In this document: in pieces, positions 20,697-29,095 of the stretch | Numbering within the stretch: the stretch's first letter is position 1 | Layout of the letters: each line of letters starts with the position of its first letter | NCBI GenBank assembly: GCA_963664705.1 | Contig: OY761556.1 | Location: forward strand, 5,920,001-5,984,000 | DNA length: 64,000 bases | Reading direction: 5' to 3' | From: Acidobacteriota bacterium | GTDB taxonomy: Bacteria; Acidobacteriota; UBA6911 | Position numbers and translations under genes: made by a program | Notes under the pieces: model-generated | Seen by the model: the letters and a program-made list of their open reading frames with translations, nothing else | Databases searched by the model: none | What the model was told of the DNA's origin: nothing

Positions 20697-22271
20697 ATGG
20701 AAAGAACCAATCGCATTATTTTCAATATGCTGATTTTAGCGATCTTTCTGACAGGATCAGCGCTTTCGCAATCCAACGGGCCTGATTGTGCCGTCATGAT
20801 GAAAGCGCAGATACCCGGCGTTACAATCCAGAAAGCGGAACAGATACCGGCCCAGGCGGCAGGCAGCGCCCCGAAATCCGGCACGATGCCGAATGGTCCA
20901 CAGGTGGCCATGCCATCCTACTGCCGCGTCGATGGGATTGTTGATGCTCGCAAAGGGGTCAGTGGCGTCGATTACGGAATTGGATTTGCTGTTGCACTGC
21001 CCGCGAGCTGGAGCGGACGACTTCTGCTTCAGGGTGGGGGCGGAATGAACGGAAGTGTATCCATGCCCATAGGCCTCCAGGCTGCCGGAGAAATCCCTGC
21101 ATTGACCCGAGGATATGCCGTTATTTCCATGGACAGCGGGCACAAAGGCAAGGGAGGTTTCGATGGCAGTTTCTATGCTGACCAGAAGGCCGCGCTCGAT
21201 TTTTATTACCTGGCCGTTGGCCGGATTACCGTAGTTGCCAAGGAAATAGTAAAGCAGTTCTATGGGAAACCTGCTGCGTACTCCTATTTTTCCGGATGCT
21301 CGACCGGGGGAAGGGAAGGAATGATTATTACGCAACGCTACCCGGAGTATTTTGACGGCGTCGTCATCGGGAATCCGGCAATGCGCGCCGGCTACTCCAA
21401 CCTGGCGCTGGCGCACCTCGGCGAGGTTTTCAGCAATGCCGCTCCGAAGGATGCTTCCGGCAAGGGAGATCCTGCGAAGCTGTTTAGCTCCTCGGACAAA
21501 CAGCTTATAAAGGCGTCGCTTCTGAACGCCTGTGATGAGAAGGATGGATTGAAAGACGGCATGATCTTTAATCCTGCGGCGTGCAACTATGATCCCGCGA
21601 TCCTGGCCTGCAAGGGGGAGAAAGCCGAGAGCTGCCTGACTGTGGCGCAGGTAGAGGCGCTGAAGACCGCATTCGCCGGCCCGAAGGATCCGTTCGGAAA
21701 TGATATCTATGTGCCCTTTCCTTACGATGTGGGCATTGCCGATACGAAAGCCTCCATTCCCGGCCTGCTGTCCGGGCCGCGCATTCCGGTAGCCCAGCCC
21801 TCCATTGATGGGAAATTTGATGCTGCCCGCCTCGCTGCTCAGATGGATAGGGATCTGTCAACCCGCATGGGGGACAGCCTTTGGACCAACCTGAGCACCT
21901 TTGCCTCGCACGGCAAGGTAATCTATTACCATGGAACCAGTGACGCATGGTTCTCATCGAATGACACTTTTGATTACTACAAAAAAATGACAGCCGAAAC
22001 GGGCGGAGAGGATAAGGCGCAGGATTGGTCCAGATTCTACTTCGTTCCGGGAATGGCACATTGCCGGGGCGGCGAATCGGCGCTGGACAGCTTTGATATG
22101 CTGGGGCCCATTGCGGATTGGGTAGAGAAAGGCGTTGTTCCGGAAGGCGTCCTGGCGACCGGTCAAACGCTGCCGGGCCGTTCCCGTCCACTCTGCCCCT
22201 ATCCAACCCACACGCAGTACAAGGGACAGGGTGATCCTCAGGACGCGAAAAACTTCGAGTGCAAAAAATAG
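20697..22271 (+). CDS. Tannase/feruloyl esterase family alpha/beta hydrolase, secreted
   Basis: GCSTGGREG nucleophile elbow, CDEKDGLKDG, HGTSD, PGMAHC, RPLCPYP. Confidence 0.93.
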   Translation: MERTNRIIFNMLILAIFLTGSALSQSNGPDCAVMMKAQIPGVTIQKAEQIPAQAAGSAPKSGTMPNGPQVAMPSYCRVDGIVDARKGVSGVDYGIGFAVALPASWSGRLLLQGGGGMNGSVSMPIGLQAAGEIPALTRGYAVISMDSGHKGKGGFDGSFYADQKAALDFYYLAVGRITVVAKEIVKQFYGKPAAYSYFSGCSTGGREGMIITQRYPEYFDGVVIGNPAMRAGYSNLALAHLGEVFSNAAPKDASGKGDPAKLFSSSDKQLIKASLLNACDEKDGLKDGMIFNPAACNYDPAILACKGEKAESCLTVAQVEALKTAFAGPKDPFGNDIYVPFPYDVGIADTKASIPGLLSGPRIPVAQPSIDGKFDAARLAAQMDRDLSTRMGDSLWTNLSTFASHGKVIYYHGTSDAWFSSNDTFDYYKKMTAETGGEDKAQDWSRFYFVPGMAHCRGGESALDSFDMLGPIADWVEKGVVPEGVLATGQTLPGRSRPLCPYPTHTQYKGQGDPQDAKNFECKK

Positions 22272-22380
22272 TGAACTCCCGACCATCCCCGGTGAACGGG
22301 TGCTCGGAAGACGTAAGTGGCTGTGTTGGTGCGTGAGGCACATGTTGCCGCATGCCCCGTCAGAATTCCGGGAGATCCTT

Positions 22381-22713
22381 ATGAATATCCAGATTTTCGG
22401 AAAATTAAAATGCCAGGACACGAAAAAGGCACAAAGATATTTCAAGGAAAGGCGCATCCTCTTCCAATTCATCGATATCACCCGAAAAGGATTGAGTAAG
22501 GGCGAACTGAATAGCATCAAGGCGGCTGTGGGAATCGATAACCTCATGGACCGGGAAGGCAAGGCCTATGCCGAGAAAAACCTGAAATACCTGATCCATG
22601 ATATTGAAGAGGAGCTTCTCAAAGATTCGATGCTTCTCAAGACGCCTGTGGTCAGAAATGGCCGTGAAGCGACTGTGGGTTATCAGCCGGATGTGTGGAA
22701 GGAATGGAAGTAG
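22381..22713 (+). CDS. ArsC/Spx/YffB family thioredoxin-fold protein
   Basis: MNIQIFGKLKCQDTKKAQRYFKER...LLKTPVVRNG. Confidence 0.85.
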   Translation: MNIQIFGKLKCQDTKKAQRYFKERRILFQFIDITRKGLSKGELNSIKAAVGIDNLMDREGKAYAEKNLKYLIHDIEEELLKDSMLLKTPVVRNGREATVGYQPDVWKEWK

Positions 22714-22793
22714 GGCTATACAGAGTTGTTTCCTGAAATAGCCAGTAGTTTGCTCTCAAGTTGGTGATTACAAAAAACGGGAAAGGATCAGCG

Positions 22794-23525
22794 ATGAATC
22801 CGGAAGCGATGCGTCCTTACGGTTTATGCCTGCTTGATTATTTTGAGGGCAATAAATCGGCAGCGATGTCGATTATCAGAGATGACGGTTTCGTTGCCTC
22901 TCTGCCTGCCTCCGGCTTTTTTCGTGATCCTCGGGAATTTGAAATTGAAAAGGCTGCCCTGGATTTGGCCAGCGGCCGGGTTCTGGATGCGGGTGCAGGA
23001 ACCGGAATTCACAGCAAATACCTGCAGGACCAGGGACTCTCCGTTTGCGCCGTCGATCTTTTGCCGGAAACCGTGCATATAATGCGCAAGAGGGGAGTGC
23101 TCGATGTGCGCCAGGCGGATATCACGTCCTTCAAAGGCGAAAAATTCGATACGGTCATTATGATGGGGCATGGTATCGGGGTAGTGGAAGATCTTTCCGG
23201 GTTAAGCCGTTTTTTGGATAGCGCGAAAGGTCTGCTTGCGCCTGAAGGGCAAATTCTGTTGACTTCCGTGGATGTACGCTGCAGCAAGGAGCCGAAAGAT
23301 ATATCCTACCAGGAGAAGATTTCCAGGGCAGGCAGGTATTTCGGCGAGATTCGAATGCAAATCAAGTATGGAGATATTGTCGGCTCTCTGTGCGGGTGGC
23401 TCCAGGTTGATATTCAAACGTTAACAGGACATGCCCGTCAGTTTGGTTGGGATTGCCGGGAAATATTCCAGCAGGATGATGGGAATTACCTGGCTCGATT
23501 GTGTCTGCTCAAAGAGCCCTCATAG
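22794..23525 (+). CDS. Class I SAM-dependent methyltransferase
   Basis: VLDAGAGTG motif I, FDTVIMMG. Confidence 0.88.
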   Translation: MNPEAMRPYGLCLLDYFEGNKSAAMSIIRDDGFVASLPASGFFRDPREFEIEKAALDLASGRVLDAGAGTGIHSKYLQDQGLSVCAVDLLPETVHIMRKRGVLDVRQADITSFKGEKFDTVIMMGHGIGVVEDLSGLSRFLDSAKGLLAPEGQILLTSVDVRCSKEPKDISYQEKISRAGRYFGEIRMQIKYGDIVGSLCGWLQVDIQTLTGHARQFGWDCREIFQQDDGNYLARLCLLKEPS

Positions 23526-23668
23526 GGGCGAAAGAAAAACGTCTGAAAAAAAGTAAATGTCATTAGGCGCTTCACAGGCAGGAGCGCGGCCTCTTCCATG
23601 GCGCTCCCAGTGCAGGCTGAGCAGAAGAGGATACAATTTCGGATATTGTTGCCATAGGGAGAAAAATC

Positions 23669-24205
23669 ATGCGCATCCTGATAGGACTTCTGTTGGCCGC
23701 TGCCATGCTGACACTGTGCGGCTGCTTCGAAATGCCTTCGGTTTACCCGCTTTATACCGACCAGACAACCGTGGCGGAACCCCGGTTGTTGGGTGCCTGG
23801 CAGAGCAAAGACGGCAAGGATCAAATCTTCGTAAAGCTGGTGGGGGATCGCGATTACCGGCTCACCCATATTAACGATGATGGTGAAGCATCGCTGTGGA
23901 GACTGAGAGCGGTCAAGATTGGCGAGACGTCAGTCGCGGACATGGTGAAGATTACAGAAGACGCCAGTATTCCCGCTCATCATTTTTTAGCCCTGTCGTT
24001 CCAGGGCGGACTGCTTAAAGCCTGGTACCTGGATTCGAGTGCGCTGCGCGAAAGAGCCGTAAAGGAAGATCTGGCTTACGTGCATGGCGACAAAAAGGAG
24101 ACAGTGCTGACCGCACGAACGGAGTCGATTGTTGCATTTCTACAGAAGAACCTTGCCGCAGAGATGAAGAAGAACGCCGATCTGGAGTTTCTTCCCATGA
24201 AATAA
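23669..24205 (+). CDS. Hypothetical lipoprotein
   Basis: Signal peptide with lipobox LCGC; GGGAGA RBS. Confidence 0.75.
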   Translation: MRILIGLLLAAAMLTLCGCFEMPSVYPLYTDQTTVAEPRLLGAWQSKDGKDQIFVKLVGDRDYRLTHINDDGEASLWRLRAVKIGETSVADMVKITEDASIPAHHFLALSFQGGLLKAWYLDSSALRERAVKEDLAYVHGDKKETVLTARTESIVAFLQKNLAAEMKKNADLEFLPMK

Positions 24206-24291
24206 CTGCAGCGGCCCCGGGACCGCCGGCTCAGTCGTGCTTCTCAAATTTGGAAATTGCGCGGCCGGCGGCAGATCTGTATAAAGGAAGG

Positions 24292-25002
24292 ATGAGTATC
24301 GGGAGCGACAATCCGTTCGATTATTTTGACAGAATTTACTGCATCAACCTGGACAGCCGGCCGGAGAGGTGGGCTGCCGCCCGGATTGAATTCTCCAAAT
24401 TAGGAATACAGGACCGGGTCGAGAGAATCAGTGGAGTTCTCTGCACAGATCCCCATGAAGGATGTGCGCGGGCTCATCTCAAAGTGATCGAGCAGGCCAA
24501 ACAACTGCGGTTGTCTAACTGCCTCATCTTTGAGGATGATCTTTGGATACCGGAGGATGGAATGGTGGCGCTGGATTCCGCAATCCGGGAAATCTCGGGT
24601 CTGGATTGGGATTTGTTCTATGTGGGTGGAACGACGGTCACTCCTGCCTACCAGGTGTCGCCTTACCTCGCAAAAGCCACGGGCGTCTACTCCACGCAAT
24701 CCTATGCCATCAGCGCTCGGATGTATGATACCGTTCTCAATTCCTGGCATCCGCCCACGGTCTATGATCTCTTCCTGGCTCATGAGATGGCTCCGACCCA
24801 TCAATGTTATATAACAATTCCCCTGGTCGTTTATCAGAGCACGGGATATTCGGACATTGAAAACCGGATCGTCGACTACAGAAAAATGATGGATAGAAAC
24901 TATGCCCGCGACCTGGTCCGGGGCGTTGATGGGAAAGGAGGAATCTGGCGGCTGCCGACCGCCCGAGCTCCCCGGCGTCAATCAGGGGAGGCTGGGGAAT
25001 AG
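24292..25002 (+). CDS. Glycosyltransferase family 25-like protein
   Basis: YCINLDSRPERW, GCARAH, LIFEDD, STQSYAIS. Confidence 0.85.
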   Translation: MSIGSDNPFDYFDRIYCINLDSRPERWAAARIEFSKLGIQDRVERISGVLCTDPHEGCARAHLKVIEQAKQLRLSNCLIFEDDLWIPEDGMVALDSAIREISGLDWDLFYVGGTTVTPAYQVSPYLAKATGVYSTQSYAISARMYDTVLNSWHPPTVYDLFLAHEMAPTHQCYITIPLVVYQSTGYSDIENRIVDYRKMMDRNYARDLVRGVDGKGGIWRLPTARAPRRQSGEAGE

Positions 25003-25938
25003 AACCCCTGCCATCGAAAGCACACGGTTTTCATAGGTGTGGAGTTCCAGGACTTTCCGGTGCCCGGCCTGGGCGATCTCCTCGCATATCCGGTCATTGG
25101 CCAGAAGAGCTTCCGCTTTGGCAAACAGCTCCTCTTCCGAGCGATAAAAAAACAGATGTTGTCCATCGGAGAAGAGCTCCTCCAGCCCGCTCCCGTTTGC
25201 CGGATCGGCAAGAACAGGAGTTCCGCAGGCCATGGCTTCAAAAATTCTCCGGCTCAGCTTGTCCCTGGTGTCATTCCAGACAATCCTGGATTCCGAATAG
25301 AAGGCGGCGGCATCCTCCAGGATGTGCCACTCGAAACAGAGCTGGTATCGCGAAAACAACTTTTCCAGCAGGCTTTGGCGATGTGGTGGACAAACTCTGC
25401 CGACCAGGGCAAGCGAGTGGATTCTTCTGGTATTGCGGTCCCGGTACATCTGGGGATCGCATGCCACGGGGAGCCAGTGGGCATTGATGCCGGAGCGTTG
25501 AAACCGCTGCACGAACTGGCGCTGAGCCAGAAATGCCACATCAAAGTTCCGCCCCCAGTGAAGATGACTGCTCACGCGCAGGTCCGGCTGGCTGATATGT
25601 GTATTGATGAGGTAGCAGGCCTTCGGACATTGAAGCCGGGAAAGATCAATGCCGAATTGCACTCCCGATTCAATCCACAGAAAGGCATCCGGCTTCCATC
25701 CCGGGGCGTGACAGGCAAGAGCATCTGCCGGGTCTGTGGAGTCATATGGAATATCGGGCCGGATTATTTGTCCGCGGAGAGAGGCTAGTCCCTGCAGTTC
25801 CAGGATTGCGTCATCCGCCGGCGGTCCCCAGGTCCGGACATCGTATCGTTTTCTTAGTGCTTGTTCGATATGCCAGGCAACCGAGCCGGGATACGGGCAG
25901 TAAGACAGAAGTATCTTCTTGCGCACCTCTGAATTCAT
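24982..25938 (-). CDS. CgeB-like glycosyltransferase (GT-B, Glyco_trans_1_2)
   Basis: WLPVACDP, RIFEAMACG, IAQAGHRKVLELHTYENR. Confidence 0.85.
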   Translation of the reverse strand: MNSEVRKKILLSYCPYPGSVAWHIEQALRKRYDVRTWGPPADDAILELQGLASLRGQIIRPDIPYDSTDPADALACHAPGWKPDAFLWIESGVQFGIDLSRLQCPKACYLINTHISQPDLRVSSHLHWGRNFDVAFLAQRQFVQRFQRSGINAHWLPVACDPQMYRDRNTRRIHSLALVGRVCPPHRQSLLEKLFSRYQLCFEWHILEDAAAFYSESRIVWNDTRDKLSRRIFEAMACGTPVLADPANGSGLEELFSDGQHLFFYRSEEELFAKAEALLANDRICEEIAQAGHRKVLELHTYENRVLSMAGVLFPSLP

Positions 25939-26256
25939 CGCATAATCCTACAGCAAGCCATTGCAGTGCAACAATGCCAATTACGAGATCATGCTGCCGT
26001 CCCGGGCCGGTATTTCAATTCGCGGAAACTGGGCGATCCTTGGCTCGGCACTTGAAGAATAATTTGCTATGGAGTGTACGGGTTTGGTCTTACAATTTTG
26101 CCACGTGGAGTTCGTGAGATCGCGCAAAGCAAGGAAGCCAGAGCCCTTGATGGGCCAGATTGCAGATTGGGGGTTACGGGTTTGCGAAACAGATCTGTGT
26201 TTTGCTGCCTGTAGCCTGCAGGCCGTTCAGGAGCAGATTTACGGGAGATTGATCTT

Positions 26257-26883
26257 ATGGATGCATCGAACCTGTTCAGGAAAGTAGCGGTTGAACGCAT
26301 GTCCTCGCCTGAACAGCTCGATCAGCTGTTGAAAGTCACAACCCCGAAGAGCTGGCTTGCGCTGGCGGCGGTGATCGCCTTTTTTACGGTCGTTATCGTC
26401 TGGGGATATCAGGGCGAGCTTTCAACAAAGGTTTCCGGTGACGGGGTTTTGATTACGTCTGCTGATCCGGGAATTCAGAAACTCGAGGCCTTTCTCTTTA
26501 TTCCCTCGGCCAAAGCCAAGGAAGTACACCCCGGCATGGCGGCTGAGATTTCGCCCAGCACAGTAAGGCGGGAAGAGTATGGATATATCAAAGGCAGGGT
26601 CACGTTCGTTTCCGACTATCCTGTAACGGAAGCGGCATTGATGAAACTCTTTGACAATCCGCCGCTGGTCCGGCTTTTTGAGTCCACGGGGCCGGTGACC
26701 GAAATACGCGTGGAGATGGAGGAAGATGCCAATACCATCTCCGGCTTCCGCTGGTCGGCTCCACGCGGTGCGCCCTTGAGGCTGAGCATCGGCACGCTGT
26801 GCACGGGCGATATTGTCACGCGGAAGCAGAGACCGATCAGCCTTGTCTTCCCATCTGTCCGAGAGACCTTAGGTTTAAGGTAG
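26257..26883 (+). CDS. NHLM/NHLP bacteriocin system secretion (HlyD-like) protein, unusually short
   Basis: LFRKVAVERMSSPEQLDQLL N-terminus, one TM helix, PSTVRREEYGYIKG, QRPISLVFP; only 208 aa. Confidence 0.85.
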   Translation: MDASNLFRKVAVERMSSPEQLDQLLKVTTPKSWLALAAVIAFFTVVIVWGYQGELSTKVSGDGVLITSADPGIQKLEAFLFIPSAKAKEVHPGMAAEISPSTVRREEYGYIKGRVTFVSDYPVTEAALMKLFDNPPLVRLFESTGPVTEIRVEMEEDANTISGFRWSAPRGAPLRLSIGTLCTGDIVTRKQRPISLVFPSVRETLGLR

Positions 26884-26889
26884 TTTCGA

Positions 26890-29094
26890 ATGATTCGCTT
26901 TCCTCAGTTCACGAAGATAAGAGAGTTCCTGGCAGGGATCCTCAAGCGGAAACGGGCTCGGACTCCAACGGTCATACAAATGGAGGCGGTGGAGTGCGGG
27001 GCTGCCAGCCTGGGCATGATTCTGGGCTATCACGGCCGGTTCATTCCATTGGAGGAACTGCGCGTAGCCTGCGGCGTATCACGTGATGGCAGCAAAGCTC
27101 TCAATATCGTGAAAGCCGCGCGGTCGTTCGGCCTGCTTGCCAAAGGATACAAGAAGGAGCCGGAACAGCTGCGCTCGATGCCGCTCCCGATGATTGTTTT
27201 CTGGAACTTCAATCACTTCGTCGTGGTTGAGGGATTCAAGCGTGGCAGGGTGTACCTGAACGACCCGGGGGCTGGCCCGCGCTGGGTGTCGGATCAGGAG
27301 TTTGACGAATCCTTCACGGGCGTGGTCTTGGCTTTTGAAAAAGGACCCGATTTTAAGACGGGTGGTCATCAGGCCTCAATCCTGAAATCGCTCGGAAACC
27401 GGCTCCCCGGAAGCCGCGTTGCCCTGGCATATATCGTGCTGGCGACCCTGGCTCTTGTTTTGCCGGGAATCCTGATCGCCGTGTTCTCCAAGATTTTCGT
27501 CGATAATATTCTATTGCAGGAATCGAGATCGTGGCTGAAGCCGCTGCTGATGGCCATGGTGGTAACCGCAATCGTTCGCGGATTACTGACCTTTTTCCAG
27601 CAGCGCAACCTGCTCCGCATGGAAATGAAGCTGGCCCTTGGGGCATCGAGCCGTTTCTTCTGGCACATTCTGCGGCTGCCCATGGAGTTCTTCGCCCAGC
27701 GATTTGCCGGCGACATCGCTTCGCGCATTCAGATCAACGACAATGTGGCCGTTCTCCTCTCGGGGGATCTCGCGACAAGCCTCGTCAGCATCGTGATGAT
27801 CGGCTTTTTTGCCGGGTTGATGTTTCAGTATGACGTTGTTTTGACTTTGCTGGGCATCGCCGTGGCTCTCCTTAACTTTGGAATTCTGCGGCTGCTCGCC
27901 CGCAGGCAGCGCAGCAACAATCTGCGGCTTCTGACGCAAAGGGGGAAGCTCGCGGGTACCTCTATGGCGGGTCTCCAGGGTTTGGAAACACTGAAGGCGA
28001 CTGGAACCGAAACAGAGTTTTTCAGCACGTGGGCGGGGCACCAGGCAAAACTGGTGCAGTCTGAGCAGGACATGGCTGTCGGATCTCTCTATTTGCAGGC
28101 CGCGCCGGCCTTCCTGACATCGATCAATGCAGTGGCCGTGATTGTTTTGGGCGGATTGCGCGTCATGGATGGATTCCTGACGATGGGAATGCTGATCGCT
28201 TTCCAGACTTTGATGGCCAGCTTTATTGAACCTGTCAATCGGCTGATAGATATGGGCGGACGATTGCAGGAAGCCAAAGGCGAGATGAACCAGTTGGATG
28301 ATGTCCTTCACTATCGCCAGGACCCGATGATCTCCCAAGTACGGCCGGCTCCCACCGAAAATCCGGGGAACAAACTGCAGGGCTCCCTGGAGCTGCGCAA
28401 CTTGACCTTTGGATACAGTCGGCTGGAGCCTCCGCTGATCAAAGACTTCAGCCTGACGCTCAAACCGGGCCAGCGAGTGGCTTTGGTCGGAGGGTCCGGA
28501 AGCGGCAAGTCTACGGTGGCAAAAATGGTTGCAGGGCTGTACGAACCATGGGAAGGGGAAATTTTGTTTGATGGCGTCCGCCGACAGGAATTGCCCCGCG
28601 ATCTGATCAGCAATTCCGTTGCGATGGTGAACCAGGAGATTACGCTTTTTGAAGACACCATTCGCAACAATCTGAGCCTGTGGGACGACACGATCGAGGA
28701 ACCGGTTATTGTCAGGGCTGCGGAGGATGCGTGCATCCATGACGACATCACGGACCGGGTCAAAGGATACAACTATGTCGTGGAGGAACAGGGGCGGAAT
28801 TTCAGCGGAGGCCAGCGACAGCGGCTCGAAATTGCCAGGGCTTTGGTGGGGAACCCGAGCATTCTCGTGCTGGACGAAGCCACCAGCGCCCTGGATCCCC
28901 TCACTGAAAAGCAGGTGGACGATGCTTTGAGGCGTCGAGGCTGCACCTGCCTGATTGTGGCGCATCGTCTCAGCACGATCCGGGACTGTGATGAGATCAT
29001 TGTCCTGGATAGGGGCGCCGTTGTGGAGCGGGGCGCACATTCGGAATTAATGAGCAACGAGGGCACCTACGCCCGCCTGATACGGACGGTTTAG
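26890..29094 (+). CDS. NHLM bacteriocin export ABC transporter, C39 peptidase/permease/ATPase
   Basis: QMEAVECGAASL (catalytic Cys), FNHFVVVEG (His), GGSGSGKST, FSGGQRQR, LDEATS. Confidence 0.96.
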   Translation: MIRFPQFTKIREFLAGILKRKRARTPTVIQMEAVECGAASLGMILGYHGRFIPLEELRVACGVSRDGSKALNIVKAARSFGLLAKGYKKEPEQLRSMPLPMIVFWNFNHFVVVEGFKRGRVYLNDPGAGPRWVSDQEFDESFTGVVLAFEKGPDFKTGGHQASILKSLGNRLPGSRVALAYIVLATLALVLPGILIAVFSKIFVDNILLQESRSWLKPLLMAMVVTAIVRGLLTFFQQRNLLRMEMKLALGASSRFFWHILRLPMEFFAQRFAGDIASRIQINDNVAVLLSGDLATSLVSIVMIGFFAGLMFQYDVVLTLLGIAVALLNFGILRLLARRQRSNNLRLLTQRGKLAGTSMAGLQGLETLKATGTETEFFSTWAGHQAKLVQSEQDMAVGSLYLQAAPAFLTSINAVAVIVLGGLRVMDGFLTMGMLIAFQTLMASFIEPVNRLIDMGGRLQEAKGEMNQLDDVLHYRQDPMISQVRPAPTENPGNKLQGSLELRNLTFGYSRLEPPLIKDFSLTLKPGQRVALVGGSGSGKSTVAKMVAGLYEPWEGEILFDGVRRQELPRDLISNSVAMVNQEITLFEDTIRNNLSLWDDTIEEPVIVRAAEDACIHDDITDRVKGYNYVVEEQGRNFSGGQRQRLEIARALVGNPSILVLDEATSALDPLTEKQVDDALRRRGCTCLIVAHRLSTIRDCDEIIVLDRGAVVERGAHSELMSNEGTYARLIRTV

Positions 29095-29095
29095 A

